This document shows, piece by piece, positions 1 to 9,206 of a DNA stretch of 64,000 bases. The DNA is taken from the NCBI GenBank assembly GCA_034670305.1, contig JAXMNT010000001.1, positions 192,001 to 256,000 of the forward strand, read 5' to 3'. Source of the stretch: Deltaproteobacteria bacterium (GTDB taxonomy: Bacteria; Myxococcota_A; Polyangia; Polyangiales; Houyiibacteriaceae). The notes under the pieces were generated by a model that did not search any database, had not been told where the DNA came from, and saw only the letters and a program-made list of their open reading frames with translations. The position numbers were made by a program, and so were the translations under genes. Numbering within the stretch: the first letter of the stretch is position 1; each line of letters begins with the position of its first letter.

Positions 1-293
1 GGCACTCGCCGTGCATTCGCGTGGCGGCGCGGCTCCCAGACCTTGGTCCGCCGTTCGCTGCGCTTCCGACGGCCATCGTGCGATCCGCCCGGCGCTTGCC
101 ACCCATTCCACACCCGGGAGACCGATCTGTCCCACGATGGGGACCGTTTGCGTGACACCCGGTGTCAGAAGAAATCATGATCAGGTCGATCCACGACCCG
201 CGTTGGGTCGTAGAGTCCGATTGGAGGGGCCAGTTTTGACACAGGCACCCCCAAATGAAGTACGCTTCGCCCAACTCAGGAGGGACTTTTTTG

Positions 294-941
294 ATGAAAC
301 CCAGATACATGGGGATCTTGGTGGTATCGGCGCTTGTTGCTGTTGCTGGCTTGACCTCGAACCAAAACCCCGCGCAGGCGGCGGACCACGGTGACCCCGA
401 CGGTCTTGCTGCACCTGTGGACGGACAGGCGGACATCGCCGACTTCTACGCATGGCACCGGGACGGCACCACCGTCTTCGCCATCAGCCTGCTCGGCGCG
501 CAGCCCGCGACCGCCGCAGCCGACCTCGCGTACGACCGCGACGTGCTTCACGGCATCCACATCGACACGGACGGCGACAGCGTGCCGGACGAGAACATCT
601 GGGTCCGCTTCGGCCAGGACGCTGACGACGCCTGGGGCATTCAGGTCAGCGGCGTGCCCGGTACGGACGCCGCCATCGAAGGCGCCGTCGAGACCACCCT
701 CTCGAGCGGCAGCGTGCAGGTCTTCGCCGGCCTTCGCGACGATCCCTTCTTCTTCGACGTCGCCGGCTTCACGAACACCGTGTCCAGCGGCAACCTCGCG
801 TTCTCGGGTCTCACCGACGCGGGTCCGGTCGACGGCATCGCCGGCGCCAACTCCACGCTCATCGTGATCGAGGTCCCGACCGCGGACATCGGCGCGACCG
901 CTTTCCAGACCTGGGCCACCTCCGGCCGGATTGGAACATGA
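294..941 (+). CDS. DUF4331 family secreted protein
   Basis: AGGAGG RBS at ~278-283; signal peptide; motifs AADHGD, DIADFYAW, FAGLRDDPFFFD typical of DUF4331. Confidence 0.8.
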   Translation: MKPRYMGILVVSALVAVAGLTSNQNPAQAADHGDPDGLAAPVDGQADIADFYAWHRDGTTVFAISLLGAQPATAAADLAYDRDVLHGIHIDTDGDSVPDENIWVRFGQDADDAWGIQVSGVPGTDAAIEGAVETTLSSGSVQVFAGLRDDPFFFDVAGFTNTVSSGNLAFSGLTDAGPVDGIAGANSTLIVIEVPTADIGATAFQTWATSGRIGT

Positions 942-1732
942 TCATGAAGAACAAGAGCATTCTCTTCGCACTCATCCTCGGACTCACGGCCTTCGGCTGT
1001 GGCGACGACGACGCGGGTGGAACCGACTCCGGCATGGGCACGGACGCTCCGACGGGCGAAGACGCCCCGACGGGCGAAGACGCCCCGACCGGTGAAGACG
1101 CTCCGGGTGAAGACGCTCCGGTGGCCGACGGGTTCGACTTCCGCGACGACGCCCCCGAGGCCTACACGCGCCGCGACCGGATGGGCATGCCCGCCATCGC
1201 GACCGCCGTCATCACCTCGAAGGTCGACTACAACAACGACGACCCCGAGGACGACATCACGGAAGTGGACGCAGGCGAATTCGGCATGCTCCCCAAGTGG
1301 GCACCGGAGATCGCGACGAACCTCGGCAACCTTCACGAAGCCCTTCGTGAGGACTTCCTCGCGGCGGGTCTCCCGACGTGTGAAGACGCCCTGGCGGGAC
1401 CCTCCCCGGCGAACGCCATTCCCTGCGCCACGCAGGCCGTGGACGGCGCCGAAGGCCCGAGCATCCTCAGCCTCATCGTGCCGGACACCCTCTCCCTCGA
1501 CACCACGGTGGCGGCGGGCGAGCGTGGATTCCCGAACGGCCGCGCGCCGGCCGATCCGGTCGTCGACGTGACGCTTGCGATCGTCCTGCTCGACATGACG
1601 GCCGACGGTGTCAACGCGCTCTCGTTCGTCGAGTTCGACGGTCCCTCGGACGTCGACGGTGTGAACCCGACGGCCAACGACGTCGCGTTCGACACGACGT
1701 TCCCGTACTTCGCCGCGCCGCACACGCCCTGA
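938..1732 (+). CDS. DUF4331 family lipoprotein
   Basis: ATGA overlap with the upstream gene; lipobox-like AFGC; EDAPTG repeats; DRMGMPAI, GFPNGR..D.VVD, ANDVAF..TFPY motifs. Confidence 0.8.
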   Translation: MIMKNKSILFALILGLTAFGCGDDDAGGTDSGMGTDAPTGEDAPTGEDAPTGEDAPGEDAPVADGFDFRDDAPEAYTRRDRMGMPAIATAVITSKVDYNNDDPEDDITEVDAGEFGMLPKWAPEIATNLGNLHEALREDFLAAGLPTCEDALAGPSPANAIPCATQAVDGAEGPSILSLIVPDTLSLDTTVAAGERGFPNGRAPADPVVDVTLAIVLLDMTADGVNALSFVEFDGPSDVDGVNPTANDVAFDTTFPYFAAPHTP

Positions 1733-1772
1733 GTGTGATGGCCAGGCTCCTCTCCGAGGAGCCCACTTGAAC

Positions 1773-1809
1773 CGGGGTCCGCGTTTCGACGCGGGCCCTG
1801 TTCTTCTTT
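1773..1809 (+). terminator. Putative intrinsic terminator
   Basis: CGGGGTCCGCGT-TTCG-ACGCGGGCCCTG hairpin followed by TTCTTCTTT, just after the DUF4331 pair. Confidence 0.6.
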
Positions 1810-1859
1810 AAGGGCGCGTCTTCTTCAAGCATGCGGCCGCGCCTGCTACAGCCCCTCTG

Positions 1860-3191
1860 ATGTTCCGTTTGGGTTGGCCGTGGTGGGAAGCCGCCCCTGT
1901 GTCCGTGCTGCCTGTGTGCGTGCTGCCTGTGTGCGTGTTGGCGTGTGTTCTCCTGGCCTGCGGATCCACCGAGCCACCAAGCAGCGACCTCGCCCCCTCC
2001 GTCGAGCCCGTGGAGGCCGTGGAGCGGTCGTATCCCGACTCCGACTACGGCCGCGCGCTCCGCGACTCCGATGTTCGGCTCGCGGATCTTCGGACCCGGC
2101 TCGACACCCCGGGCGCGCTTCACCGCCAAGCGTACGTCGCCGCGTTGCTGGATCGGGCCCGGCTCGTTGGCGGGGTCACGGACTACGCGGCCGCCCTCGC
2201 CGCGCTCGAAGATCTCCAGGCGCAATTGCCACGCGAGCAGTGGCCGCACAGCATCGCCGCGGGCGTCTACGCGTCGGTGCACCGGCTCGACGCAGCCGAA
2301 GACGCGCTCGACGGAGCGCAGCGCCGGATCCTCGGCGCCAACCACGCCGCGATCGCCGCCGCCCGCGGCGACCTCTACCTCCACCGGGGTCTCTTCGAGG
2401 TGGCCCACGCGCTGTTCGAGGAGTCCGAGCAGCGCAGCCCGCACGGCGGCGCCGCGAGCCACGTGGCCTACTACCACTGGCAACTCGGCGACTACGCGGC
2501 CGCCGACGCCGAGCTCGATCGCCTCACGCTGTTGCGCGGCCGCCATCTGGCGTACCTCGAGTTCACCCGCGGCATGCTCGACTTCGCGCAGGGCCGACAC
2601 GGCGAAGCGCTCGCGCACTACGAAGCGGCGGACGACGCGTTCTCCGGTTGGCCGCTCGTCTGGGAACACATGGCCGAGGTGCACCAAGCCGAAGGCCGAC
2701 TCTTCCTCGCGGAGGCGCTGTACCGCCGGGTCGTCGAACTCACCGAGAGCCCAAGCGCGATGACGATGCTCGCGCTCTGCGTGGACGCCGACGAAGCCGC
2801 CTACTGGTTGCGGCGCGCGGAGCAACTGCATCGACGGGACCTCGAGCTCTTGCCCGAAGCGTCGGCCGGCCACGCGCTCGACTACTTCCTGCACCACGGC
2901 GACCCCGCCGAAGCGCTCGACCTCGCCATCCGCAACCACGGCTTGCGACCGGGCGGCGAAGCGACGGTGAAGTTCGCCCAAGCGCTGTGCAACGACGGCG
3001 CCTGGCACCTCGCCGCAGCCCGCCTCGACCGGCTGCACGCCACCACCCCCTTCCGCTCGCCAGAGAGCCTCGCCACCGCCGCCCTCGCCCACCGACAGCA
3101 GGGCGGCGAGGCCCGCGCCGCCGAGCTCGAATCCGAAGCCAACCAACTGCACCCGGACGCCATCTCCCTCGTCGCCTGGCTCACCCCCTGA
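1860..3191 (+). CDS. Tetratricopeptide-repeat lipoprotein (start uncertain)
   Basis: LLAC lipobox; repeated Ala-rich helical TPR-like units; TPR genes often neighbour DUF4331 genes. Confidence 0.7.
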   Translation: MFRLGWPWWEAAPVSVLPVCVLPVCVLACVLLACGSTEPPSSDLAPSVEPVEAVERSYPDSDYGRALRDSDVRLADLRTRLDTPGALHRQAYVAALLDRARLVGGVTDYAAALAALEDLQAQLPREQWPHSIAAGVYASVHRLDAAEDALDGAQRRILGANHAAIAAARGDLYLHRGLFEVAHALFEESEQRSPHGGAASHVAYYHWQLGDYAAADAELDRLTLLRGRHLAYLEFTRGMLDFAQGRHGEALAHYEAADDAFSGWPLVWEHMAEVHQAEGRLFLAEALYRRVVELTESPSAMTMLALCVDADEAAYWLRRAEQLHRRDLELLPEASAGHALDYFLHHGDPAEALDLAIRNHGLRPGGEATVKFAQALCNDGAWHLAAARLDRLHATTPFRSPESLATAALAHRQQGGEARAAELESEANQLHPDAISLVAWLTP

Positions 3192-3288
3192 GAACGAAGT
3201 CGCGGTCGCAGTGGAGCGGGGGTTCTGCGACGGAACTCCCCCCACTCCCCCACAACTCCCCCGAACTCTCCCCAAAACGGTTTCGGAT

Positions 3289-3448
3289 TCGGCAGCGGCA
3301 GTGGCAGCGGCAGCGGCAGTGGCAGTGGCACCAGCAGTCACAGCATCAGCGACAGCCCATGCTCTCCTTCGGAGTCGCGCGGTTTGTAGCCTCTCCTTCG
3401 GAAGTCGGCTCCTTCGTCCTTCGGACTCGGAGTGACCTGGGGGTGGGC
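3289..3448 (+). repeat. 160-bp direct repeat, copy 1 (pairs with 4080-4239)
   Basis: Manual alignment: 158/160 identical, mismatches at 3308/4099 and 3359/4150. Confidence 0.95.
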
Positions 3449-3626
3449 TTGCTGGCTCGGCGGGATCTTGATGGTGGCGGAGTGCTCGGGCGCGTCAAGG
3501 GTGCCTTCGGCCCCAGCCTTCGGAAGGCTGGCTTCGCCCTTGACCCGCCCTCCGCTCTCCACCGGGGGCGCACGGGGTGCGCCGCCGAGCAATGTCGCTC
3601 TGGTGTGTGGCGCGTTGGAGGCTGTG
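3385..3626 (+). other. Conserved structured non-coding leader, copy 1
   Basis: Homologous to 8855-9100 and 14424-14657; nested inverted repeats 3455-3463/3582-3590 and 3494-3501/3537-3544. Confidence 0.85.
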
Positions 3627-3938
3627 ATGATTGTTCTCGAATCTTGTTTCGTTCTCGTTGGTGAGTTGCGCGGGGTGCTGGCGGCTGTTTCTCGCCGGGA
3701 CCGTTCGCTGGGTGACCAGATGCGGCGGGCGGCTCAGTCCGTCGTTCTGAACTGCGCCGAAGCGAAGAACGCGCGGGGCAAGCGGAGCGTGGACCGCTTC
3801 TCCATCGCATACGGCGAAGCGAGTGAGCTGAAGGCGGCTCTTCGGTTGGTGCGGTTGTTCGGCTACGCGGAGGTTGGCGAGGAGGTGATGCGGCGGTGCG
3901 ACGAGGTCTGCGCGATGTTGTATCGGCTCAGTCGCTAG
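3627..3938 (+). CDS. Four-helix-bundle protein (23S rRNA IVP/TIGR02436-like; Avd-like fold)
   Basis: 103 aa; GGAGG RBS; L.DQMRRAA.SV.LN.AE and F.IA.GE..EL motifs; ~60% identical to 14658-14972 by manual count. Confidence 0.85.
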   Translation: MIVLESCFVLVGELRGVLAAVSRRDRSLGDQMRRAAQSVVLNCAEAKNARGKRSVDRFSIAYGEASELKAALRLVRLFGYAEVGEEVMRRCDEVCAMLYRLSR

Positions 3939-4001
3939 ACCGGCTGCGAGGCCCGCGCGAGTCGCGGGCCTCGGCGTCGGCAGCGCCAGGGGCAGCGGCT
4001 T

Positions 4002-4120
4002 TCGGCGTCGGCTTTGGCGTCGGCCTCGGCTTCGGCCTCGGCGTCGGCCTCGGCGTCGGCTTCGGCGTCGGCCTCGGCATCGGCAGCGGCAGTGGCAGTG
4101 GCAGCGGCAGTGGCAGTGGC
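4002..4120. repeat. Hexamer microsatellite (TCGGCN)n then (GGCAGY)n
   Basis: Period-6 tract visible directly. Confidence 0.9.
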
Positions 4121-4239
4121 ACCAGCAGTCACAGCATCAGCGACAGCCCGTGCTCTCCTTCGGAGTCGCGCGGTTTGTAGCCTCTCCTTCGGAAGTCGGC
4201 TCCTTCGTCCTTCGGACTCGGAGTGACCTGGGGGTGGGC
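4080..4239 (+). repeat. 160-bp direct repeat, copy 2
   Basis: See 3289-3448. Confidence 0.95.
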
Positions 4240-4340
4240 CTCCGTCGGATCAGGCGGCACGGCCTGCCCCAATCTGTCACTCCCCCGCCCTCGGTTTCGG
4301 CCGCCCTGACCGCGCCGCGTCAGGTGCTATCTTCCGGCCT

Positions 4341-7300
4341 ATGGCTTCACTCTTTCATGGGGGCGCGGCGCCTCGCTTCGCTGCTTCCCACGCCTTCGCG
4401 TCAAACTCGGGACGCTTGATCCCCGCGCTGCTCCTGTGCTCGTTGCTCCTCGCCTGCGGCGACGACGACACCACGCCCATCGATGCGGGCCCGAGCGACG
4501 CCGCCGATGTCGGCATCGACGTGCCGCTCCCCGACGGCCCGCGCGGCGACGTCCTGCGCATCCCGGAATCCGAGCGCCGCGAGCTGCCGCTGAACGACGA
4601 AGTCTACGTGCTTCGGACCGAGACCCACGTGCCGCACGTGTACGCCTCGAACGAACACGACCTCCGCGTCGTGCAGGGCTTCTTGATGGCCCGCGACCGC
4701 TACTTCCAGATCGAAGCCGGCCGCCGCCTCGGCCAAGGCACCCTCAGCGGTCTGGTCGGAGACGCAGCGCTCGCCGCTGACATCGGCGCCCGCACCCAGG
4801 GCATGACCCGGGTCGCCGACCGCTTGGCCGCGAGCCTCACCCCCGAACAACGCGAAGTCGTGCAGGCCTTCACCGACGGCGTGAACGCCTACGTTCGGCT
4901 CGCCAAAGCCCGCGGCATCGCGGCCCCGAGTGAGTTGACCATCGCCGCGCCCGTCTTTGGTGCGACCAGCGCCGGCGCGCTGATGGAAGAGCTCTCGCTC
5001 GAAGACCTCATCGCCTTCGCCGCGGTCCCCGTCTACCAGCTCGGCTGGGAAGCCAAGGACCTGCGCTACGCCGAAAGCGAAGCCTTCGTCGCGGACGTCT
5101 TCACCGGCGCGGAGACGGATGCGGAGCTCAGGCACGATGGTGCGGTCCAGGACATCTTCCAGAACGTCGACCCGATCAACGACATCGTCTCCGCCAGTGG
5201 CTTCGGGCTCGAAGAGGGCACGTCGTCGTTCCTGCCGAGCTTCGGCCCCCCCCGCGCCCCGGCCCGCTTCGTCGCGCCCCAGGCGATGCCGGTGGAGCGC
5301 ACCATGCTCGACCGCTTGCGCGCCCAGACGGACCGCTTCGAACACACCCTGCGTGGTCCGGTCGACGGAGACTTCGGGTCCAACGCCTGGGCCGTCGATG
5401 GCGCGCACTCGGAAGGCGGCGCAGCGCTCTTGGCCGGCGACGGACACCTCCCGCTCTCGATCGCGCCGCTCTTCTACCAGCTCGGTCTCGACACCAGCGT
5501 CTTCGGCGAAGGCGCCGACAACGACATCACCTTGATGGGCCTCTTCTTCGCCGGCATCCCGCACATGGCGGTCGGCACCAACGGCCGCGTCGCGTGGTCG
5601 CAGACTTACCTGCGCGGCGACGTCACCGACTGGTACGCCGAGGAGCTCGTGCTCGACGCCGAGGGCATGCCGGTGGCGACCCGTTTCGAGGGCAGCGACG
5701 AACCGCTCGTGCGCATCGAGGAGTCCTACGAGATCCGCAACGTGCCGGGCCTCGGCAGCGTCGGCCGCACCGAGACCATCGCCCGCTTCGAGACCTTCGA
5801 CGGCCGGCCGATCACCGCGATCGAAGGCCGCCCCGCCACCGCGGACACCGTGCCCGGCGACGGCGAGTCGCTCGTGAACATCGGCGGCGAATACGTCATC
5901 CCGGAGGACGTCGACGAAGACGGAACCATCAGCGCGGTCAGCTTCGACTTCGCGGGCTTCGACGTCTCCAACATCCTGCGCGCGCTCGAAGGCTTCAACG
6001 ACTCGAACACCGTCACCGACTTCCGCAACGCCACCCGCGAGCTCGTCACCTACGCGCAGAACCTGGTCGCGGCCGACATCGAAGGCGACGTCTACTACGG
6101 CAGCTACAACGCCATCCCCACCCGCGAGTACCTGGAGCGCACCGAAGCGGGCGGCCCGTGGACCCCTGGATCCGATCCGCGCAGCTTGCTCGACGGCACC
6201 CGCTACCGCGGCTTCGAGATCGTGCTCGACGAAAACGGCATGCCGGACGAGTCGATGTGCGCAGGCGATACCTACCGCTGCCTCGTGCCGTTCGATGAGT
6301 GGCCCGCCGCGCTCTCGCCCGACCGCGGCTTCGTGCTGACCGCGAACCACGACATCGCCAACATCACCACCGACGGCGACATCTTCGACGACCCGTACTA
6401 CCTCGGCGGCGCCTGGAACAACGGCTTCCGTGGCGCGTCGATCACCGCGGGCATCGTCGCGCTCGGCACCGGCGCGACCGCGGCGGCGATGAGCGAGCTG
6501 CAGAACGACCACCACTCCGTGCTCGGGCCGCTCTTCGTGCCCTACCTGCTCGAAGCGATCGACGAAGGCCAGCGGCTCGCTGCCGAAGAAGCGATCACGC
6601 CTTCCGAGATGCGGCTGCTCGCGATTTACACCGCCAACCAAGCCGCGCTCGATGAAGTCGAGACCCGGCTGGCCGCGTGGGTGGCCGGCGGCGCCGAAGC
6701 GGCGTCGGGTGTGGACACCTTCTACCACTCCGCCGATGGCGAAGCGGACGACAGCGTGGCGACCATGATCTTCAACGAGTGGTGGAAGAAGGTCATCGCC
6801 GCGACGTTCGAAGACGAAGGCATGGCGCCCGCGTTCGGGCCCGACGTCTCCACCAGCATCACCCGCGCGATGTACGACCTCTACCGCGGCCGCGGCGCCG
6901 GCAACCCCGCGGGGCTGCAGTCCTGGAACGTAGCGACGTCGGAGTCGGTCTTCTTCGACGACCTCGGCACGGTGGAAGTCGAGTCGAGCCACGAAGTCTC
7001 GCTCTCCGCGCTGACGACCGCGCTCGCCGCGCTCTCGGCCGACCCCGATCCCGAAGTGCCGGGCGTCGGCGGCTTTGGTTCCACGGACATGGACGACTGG
7101 CGCTGGGGCCTGCGTCACCTCGTCAAATTCGAGTCCCTGGTCGCGACCTTCGTCGGCACCGACCCGGCCTTTGCGCTCTTGGCCAACGGCTTCTCGATCA
7201 CCCCCGAGACCCTGCCGCTCGCCGAGGACCTCGAGGAGACCGACCCGCGCGCGACCCTTCCGTGGTTCCCGCGCCCGGGCGACCTCTTCAACGTCGACGC

Positions 7301-7559
7301 CGGCCACTACGATCCCTTCGCGGACGATTACTTCTATGCAAACGGCCCGGTCATGCGCATGGTCGTGCGCCTCGAAGAAGGCAACATCTCTGGCGTCAAC
7401 ATTCTCCCGGGCGGACAGTCCGGATTGACCGACTCCGACCAGTTCGACGACCAAGCCCAGCTCTGGCTCGCGAACGAGACGGTGCCGCTGCGTTTCCACG
7501 TGGCGGACGTCGTCGCAGGTGCGACCTCCCGCGAGACCTACGCCCCGATGGGCGACTGA
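4341..7559 (+). CDS. Penicillin acylase family (Ntn-hydrolase) lipoprotein
   Basis: VPHVYA and QGF.MARDR.FQ motifs; GSNAWAV beta-chain nucleophile; AGDGHL; TANHD; C-terminal PGGQSG. Confidence 0.9.
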   Translation: MASLFHGGAAPRFAASHAFASNSGRLIPALLLCSLLLACGDDDTTPIDAGPSDAADVGIDVPLPDGPRGDVLRIPESERRELPLNDEVYVLRTETHVPHVYASNEHDLRVVQGFLMARDRYFQIEAGRRLGQGTLSGLVGDAALAADIGARTQGMTRVADRLAASLTPEQREVVQAFTDGVNAYVRLAKARGIAAPSELTIAAPVFGATSAGALMEELSLEDLIAFAAVPVYQLGWEAKDLRYAESEAFVADVFTGAETDAELRHDGAVQDIFQNVDPINDIVSASGFGLEEGTSSFLPSFGPPRAPARFVAPQAMPVERTMLDRLRAQTDRFEHTLRGPVDGDFGSNAWAVDGAHSEGGAALLAGDGHLPLSIAPLFYQLGLDTSVFGEGADNDITLMGLFFAGIPHMAVGTNGRVAWSQTYLRGDVTDWYAEELVLDAEGMPVATRFEGSDEPLVRIEESYEIRNVPGLGSVGRTETIARFETFDGRPITAIEGRPATADTVPGDGESLVNIGGEYVIPEDVDEDGTISAVSFDFAGFDVSNILRALEGFNDSNTVTDFRNATRELVTYAQNLVAADIEGDVYYGSYNAIPTREYLERTEAGGPWTPGSDPRSLLDGTRYRGFEIVLDENGMPDESMCAGDTYRCLVPFDEWPAALSPDRGFVLTANHDIANITTDGDIFDDPYYLGGAWNNGFRGASITAGIVALGTGATAAAMSELQNDHHSVLGPLFVPYLLEAIDEGQRLAAEEAITPSEMRLLAIYTANQAALDEVETRLAAWVAGGAEAASGVDTFYHSADGEADDSVATMIFNEWWKKVIAATFEDEGMAPAFGPDVSTSITRAMYDLYRGRGAGNPAGLQSWNVATSESVFFDDLGTVEVESSHEVSLSALTTALAALSADPDPEVPGVGGFGSTDMDDWRWGLRHLVKFESLVATFVGTDPAFALLANGFSITPETLPLAEDLEETDPRATLPWFPRPGDLFNVDAGHYDPFADDYFYANGPVMRMVVRLEEGNISGVNILPGGQSGLTDSDQFDDQAQLWLANETVPLRFHVADVVAGATSRETYAPMGD

Positions 7560-7696
7560 CGCGATTGAAGTTTCACCCGCACCACCCTCGAACTGGCAAT
7601 GTGACGGCAACCCGCGTGCGGGTGCCCACCACGTTGTGTCGGGCACAGCTGTGAAGGCAAAAGTCCGCGGCGCGTAGGCGCGCGGCATTGGGGACC

Positions 7697-8707
7697 ATGA
7701 CCGAAGCCACCACCACCTCCGACCTCGAGGTCGCCGACTCCGAGCTGCTGCTCCGCCTCACCGGACCGAACAGCGCACACCTCAAAGCCCTTGGCTCCGA
7801 GTTCGACGTCGCGATGGGTTTGCGCGGCGACACGATCCGCATCCAAGGCGACGCCGCCAAAGTCGCGGTCGTCGAACGGGTGCTCGCGGAGCTGCTCGGC
7901 GTGCTCGCCCAGCGCACCCTGAGCGCCAACGAGATCGCGCGCGCCGCCCGCACCGTGGCCGACCACCCGGAGATGCACCTGCAGGAGCTCTTCGACGACG
8001 TCGTCCTGCGCACCGGCAGCAAACGCGTCATCTCCCCGAAGGGCGTCGCCCAGCAGTCCTACGTCGCGTCGATCCGTTCGCACGACGTGGTCTTCGGCGT
8101 GGGGCCGGCCGGCACCGGCAAGACCTACCTCGCGATGGCCATGGCGGTCGCGGCGCTTCAGGAGCGCTCCGTCAAACGCATCATCCTCACCCGGCCCGCG
8201 GTCGAAGCCGGCGAGAAGCTCGGCTTTCTTCCGGGAGACCTCGCGGAGAAGGTGAACCCCTACCTGCGTCCGCTCTACGACGCGCTGCACGACATGATGG
8301 ACGACTCGAAGGTCGCTGGCCTCATGGAGCGCCAGACCATCGAAGTCGCGCCGCTCGCGTTCATGCGGGGACGCACCCTGAACGACGCGTTCGTGATCTT
8401 GGACGAAGCCCAGAACACCACCCAGGAACAGATGAAGATGTTCCTGACCCGCCTCGGCTTCCGCTCGCGCGCGGTGATCACCGGCGACATCACCCAGGTC
8501 GACCTGCCCGGCGGCCGCCGCAGCGGACTCGCGGACGCGCAGTACTTGCTCGAAGGCATCGAAGGCATCGCGTTCTGCAAGTTCTCCGACGCCGACGTCG
8601 TACGTCACCCGCTCGTGCAAAAAATCATCCGCGCCTACGACGCACGAGACGCGAAGCGCTTCGCGGCCAGAGAAGCCAAACGCGCGAAGCGCGAAGAAGC
8701 CGAGTAG
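7697..8707 (+). CDS. phoH: PhoH family ATPase
   Basis: [59 protein letters not shown]. Confidence 0.95.
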   Translation: MTEATTTSDLEVADSELLLRLTGPNSAHLKALGSEFDVAMGLRGDTIRIQGDAAKVAVVERVLAELLGVLAQRTLSANEIARAARTVADHPEMHLQELFDDVVLRTGSKRVISPKGVAQQSYVASIRSHDVVFGVGPAGTGKTYLAMAMAVAALQERSVKRIILTRPAVEAGEKLGFLPGDLAEKVNPYLRPLYDALHDMMDDSKVAGLMERQTIEVAPLAFMRGRTLNDAFVILDEAQNTTQEQMKMFLTRLGFRSRAVITGDITQVDLPGGRRSGLADAQYLLEGIEGIAFCKFSDADVVRHPLVQKIIRAYDARDAKRFAAREAKRAKREEAE

Positions 8708-8744
8708 CGCCGTAGCTAGGCCGGTAGGGGAGGAGTAGGGCTGT

Positions 8745-8856
8745 AGAAGCAGCTGCAGACGCGGTGGCACAGCAGAAGCAGCGGCAGAAGCAGCGACAGA
8801 AGCAGCGGCAGGAGCAGCGACAGCGGCAGAAGCAGCGACAGCGGCGGAAGCAGCTG
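8745..8856. repeat. Hexamer microsatellite (GCAGAA/GCAGCG/ACAGCG)n
   Basis: Period-6 tract directly upstream of leader copy 2. Confidence 0.85.
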
Positions 8857-9100
8857 TAGCCTCTTCCTTCGGAAAGTCGGCTCCTTGCAATCCTTTGGAT
8901 TTTGGGAACACCCCAATTGGTTGGGCTTGCTGGCTCGGCGGCAGATTGATGGTGGCGGAGTGCTCGCCTGCGTCAAGGGTGGCCTTCGGCCCCCAGCCGA
9001 TGCGGCTGGCTTCGCCCTGGACCCAGGCTCCGCTCTCCACCGGGGGCGCTCCGCGCCGCCGAGCAATGTCGCTCTGGTGTTTGGCGCGTTGGAGGTCCTG
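8855..9100 (+). other. Conserved structured non-coding leader, copy 2
   Basis: Strong similarity to 3385-3626, with compensatory stem changes. Confidence 0.85.
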
Positions 9101-9190
9101 ATGATTGTTCTCATCCGCTCGTACGCCGAAGGTGAGGGCGCCCGAGAGGTCTACCGGGACATCGCCGGCTTCCTGCTCGACTCGCGCTGA
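9101..9190 (+). pseudogene. Truncated four-helix-bundle gene (MIVL) fused to an unrelated tail
   Basis: ATGATTGTTCTC matches the start at 3627 exactly, then diverges; 29-aa ORF. Confidence 0.6.
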
Positions 9191-9206
9191 GGCGCCGATC
9201 GTGGAC

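Noticed and set aside
3455-3590. Canonical retron msr-msd
   Set aside because: No adjacent RT, and only ~10 nt lie between the outer stem and the long inner stem, too short for msr. Kept only as an analogy.
3432-3626. 65-aa N-terminal extension of the four-helix-bundle ORF
   Set aside because: The region is the structured leader; the RBS and the paralog alignment support the ATG at 3627.
3289-4239. DGR TR/VR pair, suggested by the Avd-like gene
   Set aside because: The repeats are non-coding and have only two mismatches, which are not adenine-specific on one strand. No RT is in the window.
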